From the sequence record OK331996.1: a DNA stretch of 64,000 nt. The stretch is one strand, 5' to 3'. The DNA is from Escherichia phage vB_EcoM-G157lw. A model generated the notes under the pieces. That model was not told the DNA's origin. It made no database searches and was given only the letters and a program-made list of their open reading frames with translations. The position numbers were made by a program, and so were the translations under genes. Shown piece after piece: positions 29,309 to 39,342 of the stretch; position 1 is the first letter of the stretch, and every line of letters begins with the position of its first letter.

Positions 29309-30328
29309 ATGAAAACTCGTTCTCAAATTGAAGATATGGTTCGTAATGCCAGCTATACTCGTGATGTTATGACATTTTTGTGCCAAAATAATTTAGACCC
29401 TGATAGAGTTAATAGTTCCATTCACTTTAAGTATATGAATAGCAGTGAATGGTTACGTCATTTTAGTAAAGCGGGATATATTACACAAATGACTGCTCGT
29501 GAGCAGCTCACCGATTTCTGTAAAACTATTGATTATAAAAATCCTCTATTTGTTCAAGGTGTTGGTCAGAGTAAGGTTGATTTATCATCTGGATTTTTCA
29601 ATCCCAATCATTATCGTATTGAATGGAGATTTATTGCTCTATTCCGTAAACAGTTAAAGCAAATTTTGTCGACAGCTAGTCGATTAAAAGGTTCTGACAT
29701 TAACTTAAAGAACCTGAAATTTGATGGTTATACTCTTCAGATGGAAGTAAGACCATTAAAAGAAAATAATAGAACTGCACGAATTAGCTTTAAACCTAAT
29801 ACAAAAAATTCTCTTTCAATTTGTGAATGCCTTAAATCACAGTTGACAGAAGCATTTAAGTATATGGATGTTGTTGCCGCTGTTCAGTCTAAGATTTTAC
29901 CTCGTTTTGAACGATTTAAGTTAGATACAACATCATATGAACTTGATATGATCGTTTCATTTAAATACGATTTTTTGAGAAAGGACGAAGTCCCGCAAGA
30001 GAAAAAGCAGGAAGTACAAGATAACTTAAATTTATCCAATTACTTATCAAACGATCCTAAATTTTGGATGTATAGTTCAGGTAATAATGATGCATGGAAA
30101 TTCAATAAAGTGAATTTTCTTCCTGTTGAAAATCCGAGTCTTAAACCTGTTGAAAAATGGCACGCGGATGCGATTGAGAAGTCTATCAAGGCAGTAGATG
30201 ATGAACTCGTTAAAGCGACCAATGAAGTGCTAGAAGCTGAAAAGGCGTTAGAACAAGCTCAGTCAAGGGTTCAAAATCTGACAAAGCAACGTTCTAAACT
30301 GAACAATGCATTAAATGCACTGAACTAG
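29309..30328 (+). CDS. coiled-coil-tailed protein, paralog 2 of 4, 339 aa
   Basis: MKTR N-terminus; LKPVEK linker plus C-terminal coiled coil. Confidence 0.65.
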   Translation: MKTRSQIEDMVRNASYTRDVMTFLCQNNLDPDRVNSSIHFKYMNSSEWLRHFSKAGYITQMTAREQLTDFCKTIDYKNPLFVQGVGQSKVDLSSGFFNPNHYRIEWRFIALFRKQLKQILSTASRLKGSDINLKNLKFDGYTLQMEVRPLKENNRTARISFKPNTKNSLSICECLKSQLTEAFKYMDVVAAVQSKILPRFERFKLDTTSYELDMIVSFKYDFLRKDEVPQEKKQEVQDNLNLSNYLSNDPKFWMYSSGNNDAWKFNKVNFLPVENPSLKPVEKWHADAIEKSIKAVDDELVKATNEVLEAEKALEQAQSRVQNLTKQRSKLNNALNALN

Positions 30329-30362
30329 TTTACTTTGCCACAAGGATGTGGTATAATGTTCT
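30325..30362 (+). promoter_or_regulatory. T4-type early promoter
   Basis: taGTTTACtttgccacaaggatgtggTATAAT. Confidence 0.55.
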
Positions 30363-30385
30363 TACTTTCTACTGAGGAGATTAAT

Positions 30386-31390
30386 ATGACTCGTAACGAA
30401 TATATCAAATCATTCAATAGGGTTATTGATGATAAAGTTAAACCCATGTCTAGTCAGAATGCTGTTCTTTCTATTATCAATCAATGGCTCAGCAGTATTG
30501 ATGCAAGTATTGTTTCTTCCAGTAAATTTATTCATGAAGTTCGTGAAATTTCTAGCCGTGTAGATAAAGATGATATTAAGATAATCTTTAAAGGGTCTCG
30601 TCTTCTTTCATATTTAGTTAATCGGGATATTCTTGGTAATTTTGGGAAAGAAATTAAACGAACTAAAGGTGTAATAGGATACAATTGGTTCGGTGATGTT
30701 AATTCTTCTTATCATCTTAATATCAAAGAAGACCCTAAGAATATTTTTACTCGTCGTTGGATTAGTAATTTCAGACTTTTTAAAGGACAAATTCTAAAAT
30801 CAGCTTCTAAATTATGTTATGGCGATTATCGTCAAATTCATCCTTTGGCTTCTGATATGATTATCGTAAAAGAATATGAGCTTGATAAAAATAAAGTAGC
30901 TATTTTTGTGAATTATGAATTTTTTACACCAGAAGCTAACCAAAAGAATATTAATAAATTTTTCTCAATTGCTAGCACTATAACTCATCAATTAGAGACG
31001 GCTTTGGATTGTATGGAAACTGTAAAAAGTATTCATACATATCCTTTCAAAAATATTGGTGGTTGGGAAGGATATAAAATTGTAATTAGTCTTCGTGAAG
31101 TGAAATGTGCTTATTCACTAACTGATAAAGAAATTTACCAACAAAAATGCGAAGAAATTGTGAATACTCCTAAAGAAGAAACTACCCTTGAGGAACTAAT
31201 GGATAATCTTGACGATTCACTTGAACCGGTAGAAATTCGTCCAGAAGTTGTTGCACTAGAAAAAGCTTATAAAGAAGTTCTAGAAATTTCTAATAAAGCG
31301 CAGAAAGAATATGAGAAGGCTAAAAAGATTTGGGAAGAATCTGTTAATCGCTTGGATCGTCTTGAACAAGCTTTACAGTTAATTAAGTAA
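30386..31390 (+). CDS. coiled-coil-tailed protein, paralog 3 of 4, 334 aa
   Basis: ATG after GAGGAG; MTRNEY N-terminus; LEPVEI linker plus coiled coil. Confidence 0.65.
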   Translation: MTRNEYIKSFNRVIDDKVKPMSSQNAVLSIINQWLSSIDASIVSSSKFIHEVREISSRVDKDDIKIIFKGSRLLSYLVNRDILGNFGKEIKRTKGVIGYNWFGDVNSSYHLNIKEDPKNIFTRRWISNFRLFKGQILKSASKLCYGDYRQIHPLASDMIIVKEYELDKNKVAIFVNYEFFTPEANQKNINKFFSIASTITHQLETALDCMETVKSIHTYPFKNIGGWEGYKIVISLREVKCAYSLTDKEIYQQKCEEIVNTPKEETTLEELMDNLDDSLEPVEIRPEVVALEKAYKEVLEISNKAQKEYEKAKKIWEESVNRLDRLEQALQLIK

Positions 31391-31441
31391 TTTAAAGCCA
31401 AGGATGGCTCGGAGTATAAATCATTAACAAGTGAGAAGAAC

Positions 31442-32371
31442 ATGAAAACTCGTAAACATTATATTGATTATTTTGACAGTCTTATTACTAAACATCGTAA
31501 TTATCAGATCGGACACAGAGCAGTAATCAATAATATTCTTCGTGATTTCCTTCAATATGTTGGCCAGGAAAATCATATCTGTAAAGATACTCAAAACGCT
31601 TATTCTCATTCGTTAGGCAATTTGCTTGAATGGTTTAAACGTTCTCGTATGTTATCTTCTACTATAGCTCGTGATAACATTAAAAACTTTATGAAGCCGA
31701 GCTTCATTAAATCTGAGACATCTATAACCGATTTGGTTCAATTTACTATTGTTAACGATGTTAAAAAGACCCATTTGGCTGATTGGTTATCTACCATTCC
31801 TGAAACTAAATTTGCTGATAAATTTGCTTGTCAATTCAATACCCAAGTGAATATGCTTTTTAAGCATGCTCGCAAACTGTTTACCGCGGGCGATGATCGT
31901 ACAAATACAGTTCATGTTAAGGACTGGGTTATTGCTGATGAAGTAACACACAAGCCAGGTGGTTCATCAGTATTAATTAATATCCAGGTTCCTTATTATT
32001 ACTCACGTAATCTCGGCACCATGACAGCTAAAGAAATTAATAAGCACAACAAAACTATTCGTTCGTTGTCTTATAAACTCCGCATGATGTTAAAAATTAT
32101 GGACGTAGTGGAAATGTATGACGAAACCGAAGATAATGGTTCAATGTTATACAGTTCACGCATTCTAATTAAACTGAAGAACCCTAATACATATAAGACA
32201 GTTGTAAAAGAGCCTAAAGTAGAAAAGGTTGATAATCTGGGTGAAGAACGTGAATATCTCAATGCCCGTTTGACTGAAGTTGAAAAACAAATTGAAGAGC
32301 ATACTAAAGTTCTTAAGGCTTTAACCGCCAAAGCAAATGGTTTACGTAATGCTATTGAGGTATTGAAATGA
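31442..32371 (+). CDS. coiled-coil-tailed protein, paralog 4 of 4, 309 aa
   Basis: MKTRKHY N-terminus; KEPKVEK linker plus coiled coil. Confidence 0.65.
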   Translation: MKTRKHYIDYFDSLITKHRNYQIGHRAVINNILRDFLQYVGQENHICKDTQNAYSHSLGNLLEWFKRSRMLSSTIARDNIKNFMKPSFIKSETSITDLVQFTIVNDVKKTHLADWLSTIPETKFADKFACQFNTQVNMLFKHARKLFTAGDDRTNTVHVKDWVIADEVTHKPGGSSVLINIQVPYYYSRNLGTMTAKEINKHNKTIRSLSYKLRMMLKIMDVVEMYDETEDNGSMLYSSRILIKLKNPNTYKTVVKEPKVEKVDNLGEEREYLNARLTEVEKQIEEHTKVLKALTAKANGLRNAIEVLK

Positions 32372-32757
32372 AAAAGCGTTTATTAGAAGACATTGCAGCT
32401 TCAAGTAATTCTAGTCTAATTAAAATTATTATGGCTGGTGAGGAAGATGATATGGAAATGCGTGGAAAGATTCACGGCTGCGATGATTTAGATTTTAAAC
32501 CTCCAGCATGGGATGCTATTATGGCTATGGTTGAACGTCGCGAAAGGGCTTCTAAAAACGTTCCTAATTGCCCTGAATGCGGTACTGAACAAGTTCAATT
32601 GATTAACTGGCGTAAACCAGAGCTTGAATATAAATGCCGTCAATGTAAACATAAATTCAGTAAGCATGCTCCGGAAATGGTTAAATTGCCTGACTCTACT
32701 GAGTTCTTTAAAGAACTTGTGAGTGTTCAACCAATGCCTAATAATATTTTGGATTAA
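32368..32757 (+). CDS. zinc-ribbon protein, 129 aa
   Basis: CPECG...CRQCKH four-Cys motif; ATGA overlap. Confidence 0.6.
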   Translation: MKKRLLEDIAASSNSSLIKIIMAGEEDDMEMRGKIHGCDDLDFKPPAWDAIMAMVERRERASKNVPNCPECGTEQVQLINWRKPELEYKCRQCKHKFSKHAPEMVKLPDSTEFFKELVSVQPMPNNILD

Positions 32758-32759
32758 AA

Positions 32760-33002
32760 ATGACCAAGCGTAAAGAATATATGGAGGCTGCTGAAAAGGC
32801 AGTCCGTGAATTAGCAATAGCTTATTATAATGAACATGGTAAATTTCCTGATAGATACAGCGTGCTTAAATCTGCTGTAACTCGTTCATACAAAAATATG
32901 CTATCAGAAGTAAGTGATATTATATACAAACATAAAGAACAAACGGGCCAAAGTCTTGATTACGACGAGACTTTTAAACAAGTACTAGGAATTAAGGAAT
33001 AA
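32760..33002 (+). CDS. hypothetical protein, 80 aa
   Basis: Track ORF. Confidence 0.5.
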   Translation: MTKRKEYMEAAEKAVRELAIAYYNEHGKFPDRYSVLKSAVTRSYKNMLSEVSDIIYKHKEQTGQSLDYDETFKQVLGIKE

Positions 33003-33003
33003 T

Positions 33004-33267
33004 ATGTTTAAAGTATATGGTTATGATAGCAACATTCATAAATGTGTGTATTGCGATAATGCAAAACGTCTTTTGACCGTGAAGAAACAGCCGTTTGAAT
33101 TTATTAACATTATGCCGGAAAAAGGTGTTTTTGATGATGAGAAAATCGCTGAGCTTCTGACTAAACTAGGTCGTGATACTCAAATTGGATTGACAATGCC
33201 GCAGGTATTCGCTCCAGATGGAAGTCATATTGGTGGATTTGACCAATTGCGGGAATACTTTAAATGA
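33004..33267 (+). CDS. nrdC: phage thioredoxin/glutaredoxin NrdC, 87 aa
   Basis: MFKVYGYDSNIHKCVYCDNAKRLL with CVYC active site. Confidence 0.9.
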   Translation: MFKVYGYDSNIHKCVYCDNAKRLLTVKKQPFEFINIMPEKGVFDDEKIAELLTKLGRDTQIGLTMPQVFAPDGSHIGGFDQLREYFK

Positions 33268-33479
33268 TGCTCGAAGGAACCGATTATATCCATGACTACC
33301 GCGGAAGCGCGGTATATGTAGGTGATGAGGTTGCAGTTTATTATGGGTATGGAACTTTGATGACAGCCAAGGTTATTCAAATTAAAAATAATCGTGCTAA
33401 ACTCGAAGTTTATTATTCTAATGGTGAAAAGTCTATTTCTAAGTGGAAATACGGCGATTGCATGGTCAAACTGGGGTAA
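33264..33479 (+). CDS. hypothetical protein, 71 aa
   Basis: ATGA overlap with nrdC. Confidence 0.5.
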   Translation: MMLEGTDYIHDYRGSAVYVGDEVAVYYGYGTLMTAKVIQIKNNRAKLEVYYSNGEKSISKWKYGDCMVKLG

Positions 33480-33662
33480 ATATGATTTACGATATTAATG
33501 TATCACGAGCTCCGTCAATGGTTACTATTCCAGCCGAAGAACTAGATCGTCTTCAGAAAATTGAAGAACTTCTTTGGGAAATTGAATGTGACCTGCCATC
33601 AGGACTAGAATCCTGGATTGATGATGAAGAACTTAATAAATTGCGAAATTAATTGGTGAAAA

Positions 33663-33983
33663 ATGACTATTGAAAATAAATTAGATGTTGATGCAGTTCT
33701 GAGCGAAATCATTGAAGACCATGATGCATTTTCGGAAAACTATGATTTCGATTTTTCCGATTATCTTAAACCTGTCGAAATAGAAGACTGGGTGCAAGAT
33801 GGTAAATGTCAATATCGTCAGTGTGTTTACTTTAGTCCAAAACATAATGTACATGTAGCGGTAAATGAATCTCGGTCAGGTTCTTATCATTCTGACTGGT
33901 ATTATGCAGTTCCGACTGTTGAACTAGTCGAGCCCCGTGAACGTGTAGTAACTCAGATAGTACGAGAATGGATTACGCTATAA
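33663..33983 (+). CDS. hypothetical protein, 106 aa
   Basis: Track ORF. Confidence 0.5.
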   Translation: MTIENKLDVDAVLSEIIEDHDAFSENYDFDFSDYLKPVEIEDWVQDGKCQYRQCVYFSPKHNVHVAVNESRSGSYHSDWYYAVPTVELVEPRERVVTQIVREWITL

Positions 33984-34106
33984 AACCTTGGTGGGCGGCT
34001 AGATGGGAAACTGTAGAGCCAGAGCCGGAAGAACCGGTTTACACTGATGAAGAAACAGTATATAATGAACCAACGATAAATGACTTAATTGATATGGAGA
34101 TGGGAC

Positions 34107-34592
34107 ATGATTACAGTAGATAAGTGGTTTAGAATTAATCGTGCTGATGCAGGGCTGTGTAATTACTGGCCGGAACTTAGTGCAGGTACTGTCTTTAAAG
34201 TTCGTGAACTTGCAAAAGAATGTGAAGATGATATAGAGCCTGATACTGGAATTATTGAAATTGAACTTTCTGATGGAAAGATTATTAACATCTACGATAA
34301 GCCAATTACGTATTGGTGCTTGTGGAATACTGAATCAGTCGAAAATGGCGAAATTGAAGAAGTTGTAGAGCGAACTAATCAAGTTGTTCAGAAGCCTAAA
34401 GCTGATTTTCAAGGTGAACGTATTTCATACGCATTAGCTAAATTAGCTGCACAAGAAAATAACGATGGCTATGAAGGAAATTTGATGCAAGCTGCCGCAG
34501 AATATATTGAATGGCTTGAAACCCAAATTTCTTTTTCTGACCAAAAGATTCGGCAATATAAGCGATTGAATCAAATGTTTTACAATACTTGA
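34107..34592 (+). CDS. pin: Pin (inhibitor of host Lon protease)-like protein, 161 aa
   Basis: 161 aa from ATG 34107, adjacent to gene 49 as in T4; sequence identity not verified. Confidence 0.6.
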   Translation: MITVDKWFRINRADAGLCNYWPELSAGTVFKVRELAKECEDDIEPDTGIIEIELSDGKIINIYDKPITYWCLWNTESVENGEIEEVVERTNQVVQKPKADFQGERISYALAKLAAQENNDGYEGNLMQAAAEYIEWLETQISFSDQKIRQYKRLNQMFYNT

Positions 34593-34634
34593 AAATAATA
34601 AATACCCTTATCTATTTAAGGTAAGGGTTTTATT

Positions 34635-35108
34635 ATGTTATTGACTGGCAAATTATATAAAGAAGAAAAACAGAAATTTTATGATGCACAAAATGGTAAA
34701 TGTTTAATTTGCCAACGAGAACTAAATCCTGATGTTCAAGCTAATCATCTTGATCATGACCATGAATTAAATGGACCGAAAGCAGGAAAGGTGCGTGGAT
34801 TGCTTTGTAATCTCTGCAATGCCGCAGAAGGTCAAATGAAACATAAATTTAATCGTTCTGGCTTAAAGGGGCAAGGTGTTGATTATCTTGAATGGTTAGA
34901 AAATTTACTTACTTATTTAAAATCCGATTACACCCAAAATAATATTCACCCTAACTTTGTTGGAGATAAATCAAAGGAATTTTCTCGTTTAGGAAAAGAG
35001 GAAATGATGGCTGAGATGCTTCAAAGAGGATTTGAATATAATGAATCTGACACTAAAACACAATTAATAGCTTCATTTAAGAAGCAGCTTAGAAAGAGTT
35101 TAAAATGA
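34635..35108 (+). CDS. 49: endonuclease VII (Holliday junction resolvase) gp49, 157 aa
   Basis: Zn-binding Cys/His cluster (CLICQ...HLDHDH...CNLCN) and size match T4 gp49. Confidence 0.85.
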   Translation: MLLTGKLYKEEKQKFYDAQNGKCLICQRELNPDVQANHLDHDHELNGPKAGKVRGLLCNLCNAAEGQMKHKFNRSGLKGQGVDYLEWLENLLTYLKSDYTQNNIHPNFVGDKSKEFSRLGKEEMMAEMLQRGFEYNESDTKTQLIASFKKQLRKSLK

Positions 35109-36922
35109 CAATTGAAAAAGAAATTGAAGGATTGATTCATAAAACTAATAAAGACCTTTTAAACGAGAATGCTAATAAAGATTCTCGTGTTTTTCCAACT
35201 CAACGGGACCTTATGGCTGGTATTGTGTCTAAACACATTGCCAAAAATATGGTCCCGTCTTTTATTATGAAAGCGCATGAAAGCGGAATTATCCATTTCC
35301 ACGATATTGATTATTCCCCTGCTCTTCCATTTACTAATTGTTGTTTAGTAGATTTAAAAGGAATGCTTGAGAACGGATTTAAGCTTGGTAATGCACAGAT
35401 TGAAACTCCTAAATCAATTGGAGTTGCTACTGCAATTATGGCACAAATTACTGCACAGGTTGCTTCCCATCAATACGGCGGAACGACTTTTGCTAATGTA
35501 GATAAAGTACTTTCTCCTTATGTTAAACGCACCTATGCAAAACATATTGAGGATGCAGAAAAATGGCAAATCGCTGATGCGTTGAATTATGCTCAATCTA
35601 AAACAGAAAAAGATGTATACGATGCATTCCAAGCTTATGAATATGAAGTAAATACTCTCTTTAGTTCAAACGGACAAACGCCTTTTGTAACAATTACATT
35701 TGGTACAGGAACTGACTGGACTGAACGAATGATTCAGAAAGCAATTCTGAAAAATCGTATTAAAGGTCTTGGTCGTGATGGGATAACTCCTATTTTCCCT
35801 AAACTTGTTATGTTCGTTGAAGAAGGTGTTAATCTTTATAAAGACGATCCGAACTATGATATTAAACAGCTTGCTCTAGAGTGCGCAAGCAAAAGGATGT
35901 ATCCTGATATTATTTCAGCTAAGAACAATAAAGCTATCACTGGTTCATCTATTCCTGTTTCTCCAATGGGTTGCCGCAGTTTCTTGAGTGTATGGAAAGA
36001 TTCGACTGGCAATGAAATTCTTGATGGACGTAATAATCTCGGTGTTGTAACACTGAATCTTCCTCGTATCGCATTAGATTCTTATATTGGAACACAGTTC
36101 AATGAACAGAAATTTGTTGAATTATTCAATGAACGAATGGATTTATGTTTTGAAGCATTGATGTGTAGAATTAGTTCCTTAAAAGGAGTTAAAGCGACTG
36201 TTGCTCCTATTCTTTACCAAGAAGGTGCATTCGGGGTTCGTCTTAAACCTGATGACGATATAATTGAGTTATTTAAAAACGGCAGAAGTTCAGTGTCTTT
36301 AGGATACATTGGTATTCATGAATTGAATATTCTTGTCGGTCGTGATATTGGACAAGAAATTTTAACTAAAATGAATGCTCGTCTTAAGCAGTGGACTGAA
36401 AGAACCGGATTTGCTTTTAGTTTATATTCGACTCCTGCTGAAAACCTTTGTTATCGCTTCTGTAAACTCGATACCGAAAAATATGGAAGTGTAAAGGATG
36501 TTACCGATAAAGGCTGGTACACTAACAGTTTCCATGTTTCAGTAGAAGAAAATATTACTCCGTTTGAAAAGATTTCTCGCGAAGCGCCGTATCATTTCAT
36601 TGCGACAGGCGGTCACATTTCTTATGTTGAACTTCCAGATATGAAAAACAATTTAAAGGGTCTTGAGGCTGTCTGGGATTATGCTGCACAACATTTAGAT
36701 TATTTTGGTGTTAATATGCCGGTAGATAAATGTTTTACATGCGGAAGTACCCATGAAATGACTCCTACTGAAAACGGATTTGTTTGTTCTATCTGTGGAG
36801 AAACTGATCCTAAAAAGATGAACACAATAAGAAGAACATGTGGTTATTTGGGAAATCCGAACGAACGTGGATTTAATCTCGGTAAAAATAAAGAAATCAT
36901 GCATAGGGTTAAACACCAATGA
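35105..36922 (+). CDS. nrdD: anaerobic ribonucleoside-triphosphate reductase NrdD, 605 aa, uninterrupted
   Basis: Full-length contiguous ORF with C-terminal Zn-ribbon and glycyl radical region RTCGYLGNP. Confidence 0.95.
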   Translation: MTIEKEIEGLIHKTNKDLLNENANKDSRVFPTQRDLMAGIVSKHIAKNMVPSFIMKAHESGIIHFHDIDYSPALPFTNCCLVDLKGMLENGFKLGNAQIETPKSIGVATAIMAQITAQVASHQYGGTTFANVDKVLSPYVKRTYAKHIEDAEKWQIADALNYAQSKTEKDVYDAFQAYEYEVNTLFSSNGQTPFVTITFGTGTDWTERMIQKAILKNRIKGLGRDGITPIFPKLVMFVEEGVNLYKDDPNYDIKQLALECASKRMYPDIISAKNNKAITGSSIPVSPMGCRSFLSVWKDSTGNEILDGRNNLGVVTLNLPRIALDSYIGTQFNEQKFVELFNERMDLCFEALMCRISSLKGVKATVAPILYQEGAFGVRLKPDDDIIELFKNGRSSVSLGYIGIHELNILVGRDIGQEILTKMNARLKQWTERTGFAFSLYSTPAENLCYRFCKLDTEKYGSVKDVTDKGWYTNSFHVSVEENITPFEKISREAPYHFIATGGHISYVELPDMKNNLKGLEAVWDYAAQHLDYFGVNMPVDKCFTCGSTHEMTPTENGFVCSICGETDPKKMNTIRRTCGYLGNPNERGFNLGKNKEIMHRVKHQ

Positions 36923-37389
36923 ATTATGATAGATTTTATCCTTGCGATTTTGTGAATGGCCCTGGTTGCAGGGTCGTTCTTTTCGTTACAGGTTGTTTGC
37001 ATAAATGTGAAGGGTGTTATAATAAATCAACATGGAATGCTAGAAATGGTATTCCATTCACTGGTGAAACACTAGAACAATTAATTGAATGTTTGAATAA
37101 TGATTATATAGAAGGATTAACTATAACTGGGGGTGACCCTCTTTATCCTGATAACAGAGACGTGATTCACTCTGTGGTTCAAACTATTAAAAATCTTTAT
37201 CCCAATAAAAGCATTTGGTTGTGGACAGGATATAAGTTTGAAGATATTAAACAACTAGAAATGCTTAAATATGTTGATGTTATTATTGATGGGAAGTATG
37301 AGAAAAATCTTCCGACTAAAAAGCTGTGGCGAGGATCAGATAATCAGCGACTTTGGTCAAATACCGATGGGGTGTGGACACATGATTAA
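36919..37389 (+). CDS. nrdG: anaerobic RNR activating enzyme NrdG (radical SAM), 156 aa
   Basis: CxxxCxxC cluster (CLHKCEGC); ATGA overlap with nrdD. Confidence 0.9.
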   Translation: MNYDRFYPCDFVNGPGCRVVLFVTGCLHKCEGCYNKSTWNARNGIPFTGETLEQLIECLNNDYIEGLTITGGDPLYPDNRDVIHSVVQTIKNLYPNKSIWLWTGYKFEDIKQLEMLKYVDVIIDGKYEKNLPTKKLWRGSDNQRLWSNTDGVWTHD

Positions 37390-37504
37390 ATTGAATTACA
37401 TTATGGATACTATAAATGATATGATTTTTCATTTTGGTCCAGAATTTTATTCGCAATATAGTTTAGTGCTTATCAATGCTTGGTTAATCAATTAAGGGTA
37501 AAAT

Positions 37505-37720
37505 ATGTATAAATTTCGTAAAGGTTTAGCTGATTTTCTTACAACTGTAACGTTCTTTCTGTTTATGGCAGTTGGAGCTATTTTCCTTATTCCTTTTATT
37601 GTTGTATTTTTCGTGATTAGTTTAATTTCTCCAGAAAAGGGCTTATCTTCTAGTGAGTTCAATGAGCGTCTGGATAAAATTACTAACAAGCTGAATGCTG
37701 TTCTTGATAAAAAGGCTTAA
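37505..37720 (+). CDS. small membrane protein, 71 aa
   Basis: Track ORF; one long hydrophobic segment. Confidence 0.5.
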   Translation: MYKFRKGLADFLTTVTFFLFMAVGAIFLIPFIVVFFVISLISPEKGLSSSEFNERLDKITNKLNAVLDKKA

Positions 37721-37722
37721 TT

Positions 37723-38034
37723 ATGATTAGTTTTGAGCGGTATGTAGTAGAGAGTTGGAAGGGGTTTGATATGTTTGGTAATGACTATTATTTTTACGAA
37801 TGTAGTCTAAATCCTAGTTTTTGGGCTGGACGTGAACGAGATCTCGAAGAAATTAATGCTCGTGCCGAATTGTTAGGTGAACTGCCTACGGTTTATTTTA
37901 CCTTTGATGCATCTGGATTTGTTATCCAGGTTTATTTTCCTGAAGAAAACTCTGGTGAGGATTCTGTTAATCCTCCTTATTGGGCTTACCAAGGAATTAT
38001 TTCTCGTGGAACAAAACTCGAACTTAAAGAATAA
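37723..38034 (+). CDS. hypothetical protein, 103 aa
   Basis: Track ORF. Confidence 0.5.
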   Translation: MISFERYVVESWKGFDMFGNDYYFYECSLNPSFWAGRERDLEEINARAELLGELPTVYFTFDASGFVIQVYFPEENSGEDSVNPPYWAYQGIISRGTKLELKE

Positions 38035-38035
38035 G

Positions 38036-38329
38036 ATTGAAGTCTATGGAATTCCAGATGAAGTAGGTCGTTGTCCTGGATGTCAATCAGTTACAAAACT
38101 TCTAAAGGAGCTCAATGCTCCTTTTACTTTCTATAAAGTTCTTACTAATAATGGTAAGATTGAGTACGATCGCCCATTGATTGTATCTCTTGCTAAACGC
38201 GCTGGATTCACATCTCTTAATATTCGGTATCCTGTCATTTTCATTAATGATTCTAGACAAAAGAACATTAAACACTTCAAAGAAACTCTCATTTCACTTG
38301 GATATGATAGAGATATCATAGAAGACTAA
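38036..38329 (+). CDS. glutaredoxin-like protein (nrdH position) with no canonical start codon at its 5-prime end
   Basis: CPGC redox motif; frame opens at ATT 38036 directly after upstream stop; track start 37877 would overlap upstream gene by about 158 nt. Confidence 0.5.
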   Translation: MEVYGIPDEVGRCPGCQSVTKLLKELNAPFTFYKVLTNNGKIEYDRPLIVSLAKRAGFTSLNIRYPVIFINDSRQKNIKHFKETLISLGYDRDIIED

Positions 38330-38332
38330 GAC

Positions 38333-38355
38333 GGGCCCTCTGGGCCTTTCTTTCT
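38333..38355 (+). terminator. short GC hairpin plus T-rich tract
   Basis: gggccctctgggcc tttctttctt. Confidence 0.4.
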
Positions 38356-38409
38356 TACATTCTGTATATTACCATTCTAAGCTATCGTTCCCTTCTTATC
38401 ATTCCCTAA

Positions 38410-38462
38410 AATAATTTTCACAAAGTTGTTTACAACAAGTTCAAACCGTGGTATTATTAACA
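38410..38462 (+). promoter_or_regulatory. T4-type early promoter; upstream half resembles the promoter-leader modules
   Basis: ttccctaaaataattttcacaaagttGTTTACa ... gtattatt. Confidence 0.55.
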
Positions 38463-38656
38463 TATGAATTACCTTTGAGGAATTGATATGATTGATAAAG
38501 AGATTAAAATTGACCAGTACTATCGTGTTAACGGACATATCGTTATTGTTACAGCAGTCGATGATTTAGATGTTCATTATACTTTGCTTAAATGGAACAA
38601 ACGTTTGATTTGTGATCGTGCTGTATTTAGTTCAGTTGCTAAGGAAATTAAACTCC

Positions 38657-38950
38657 ATGGGTAAAACGTATCGTCGTAAAGACTTAAAAGTGCGTGATTA
38701 TGACTATTTCGGAAAGCGTAAAGCTCCTGATGGTGTAAGTCATAAAGATATGGTTGAAAACATTTTTCGCTCAGATAAATGGCGTAGAATGAAAGGTATT
38801 GATTCAGAAGTTAAAGATGAGCTAAATCGCCAATTACGTGGTGAAGTAAGAAAGTTGAAAAAATCAGTTTACATTGACGATGATTTTGATTATAATACTT
38901 CTCAACGAGTTGCTAAACGTAAATCAAACGAGTGTTATCGTTATAGCTGA
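38657..38950 (+). CDS. hypothetical basic protein, 97 aa
   Basis: ATG 38657; overlaps a 58-aa upstream ORF (38487-38663). Confidence 0.5.
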   Translation: MGKTYRRKDLKVRDYDYFGKRKAPDGVSHKDMVENIFRSDKWRRMKGIDSEVKDELNRQLRGEVRKLKKSVYIDDDFDYNTSQRVAKRKSNECYRYS

Positions 38951-39089
38951 GGAAAATATGAATATCAAACGAATGCTTTTTAAGCAGGGGTTATACACTT
39001 TAAATGTTACTCCAAAAGGCGATACAACTAGGTGGTCAGTAAATGACTGGATTAAATTTATTGATGAAAATGGTAATTGGGAAATTTAA

Positions 39090-39290
39090 ATGAATCCTGA
39101 ATCTAAATTATCGCAGCGAATTGCCGAAGCTCGTCGTCAGTTCTTTGAAAATATGATAGCACAAGGTATTGATGACGAAGTTTTTCTAAACTGGTTTTGG
39201 AATCACAAATATTCAAGTTGCTCAGGAGCAATATTAATATCAGCCGCAATGATGTACGAAGGCTGGAAGGGTGCCAAAAAGTTTAGCTAA
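39090..39290 (+). CDS. hypothetical protein, 66 aa
   Basis: Track ORF, followed by terminator. Confidence 0.5.
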   Translation: MNPESKLSQRIAEARRQFFENMIAQGIDDEVFLNWFWNHKYSSCSGAILISAAMMYEGWKGAKKFS

Positions 39291-39308
39291 GGGCTTCGGC
39301 CCTTTTTG
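39290..39308 (+). terminator. UUCG-tetraloop intrinsic terminator
   Basis: agggcttcggccct followed by ttttt. Confidence 0.65.
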
Positions 39309-39342
39309 GATAATAAAATTTTAATGCAATTGAGGATAATGT

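Noticed and set aside
37877-38035. Long N-terminal extension of the glutaredoxin-like ORF (track start 37877)
   Set aside because: It would overlap the upstream gene by about 158 nt in another frame and encodes an implausible hydrophobic leader; the start problem is reported as a finding instead.
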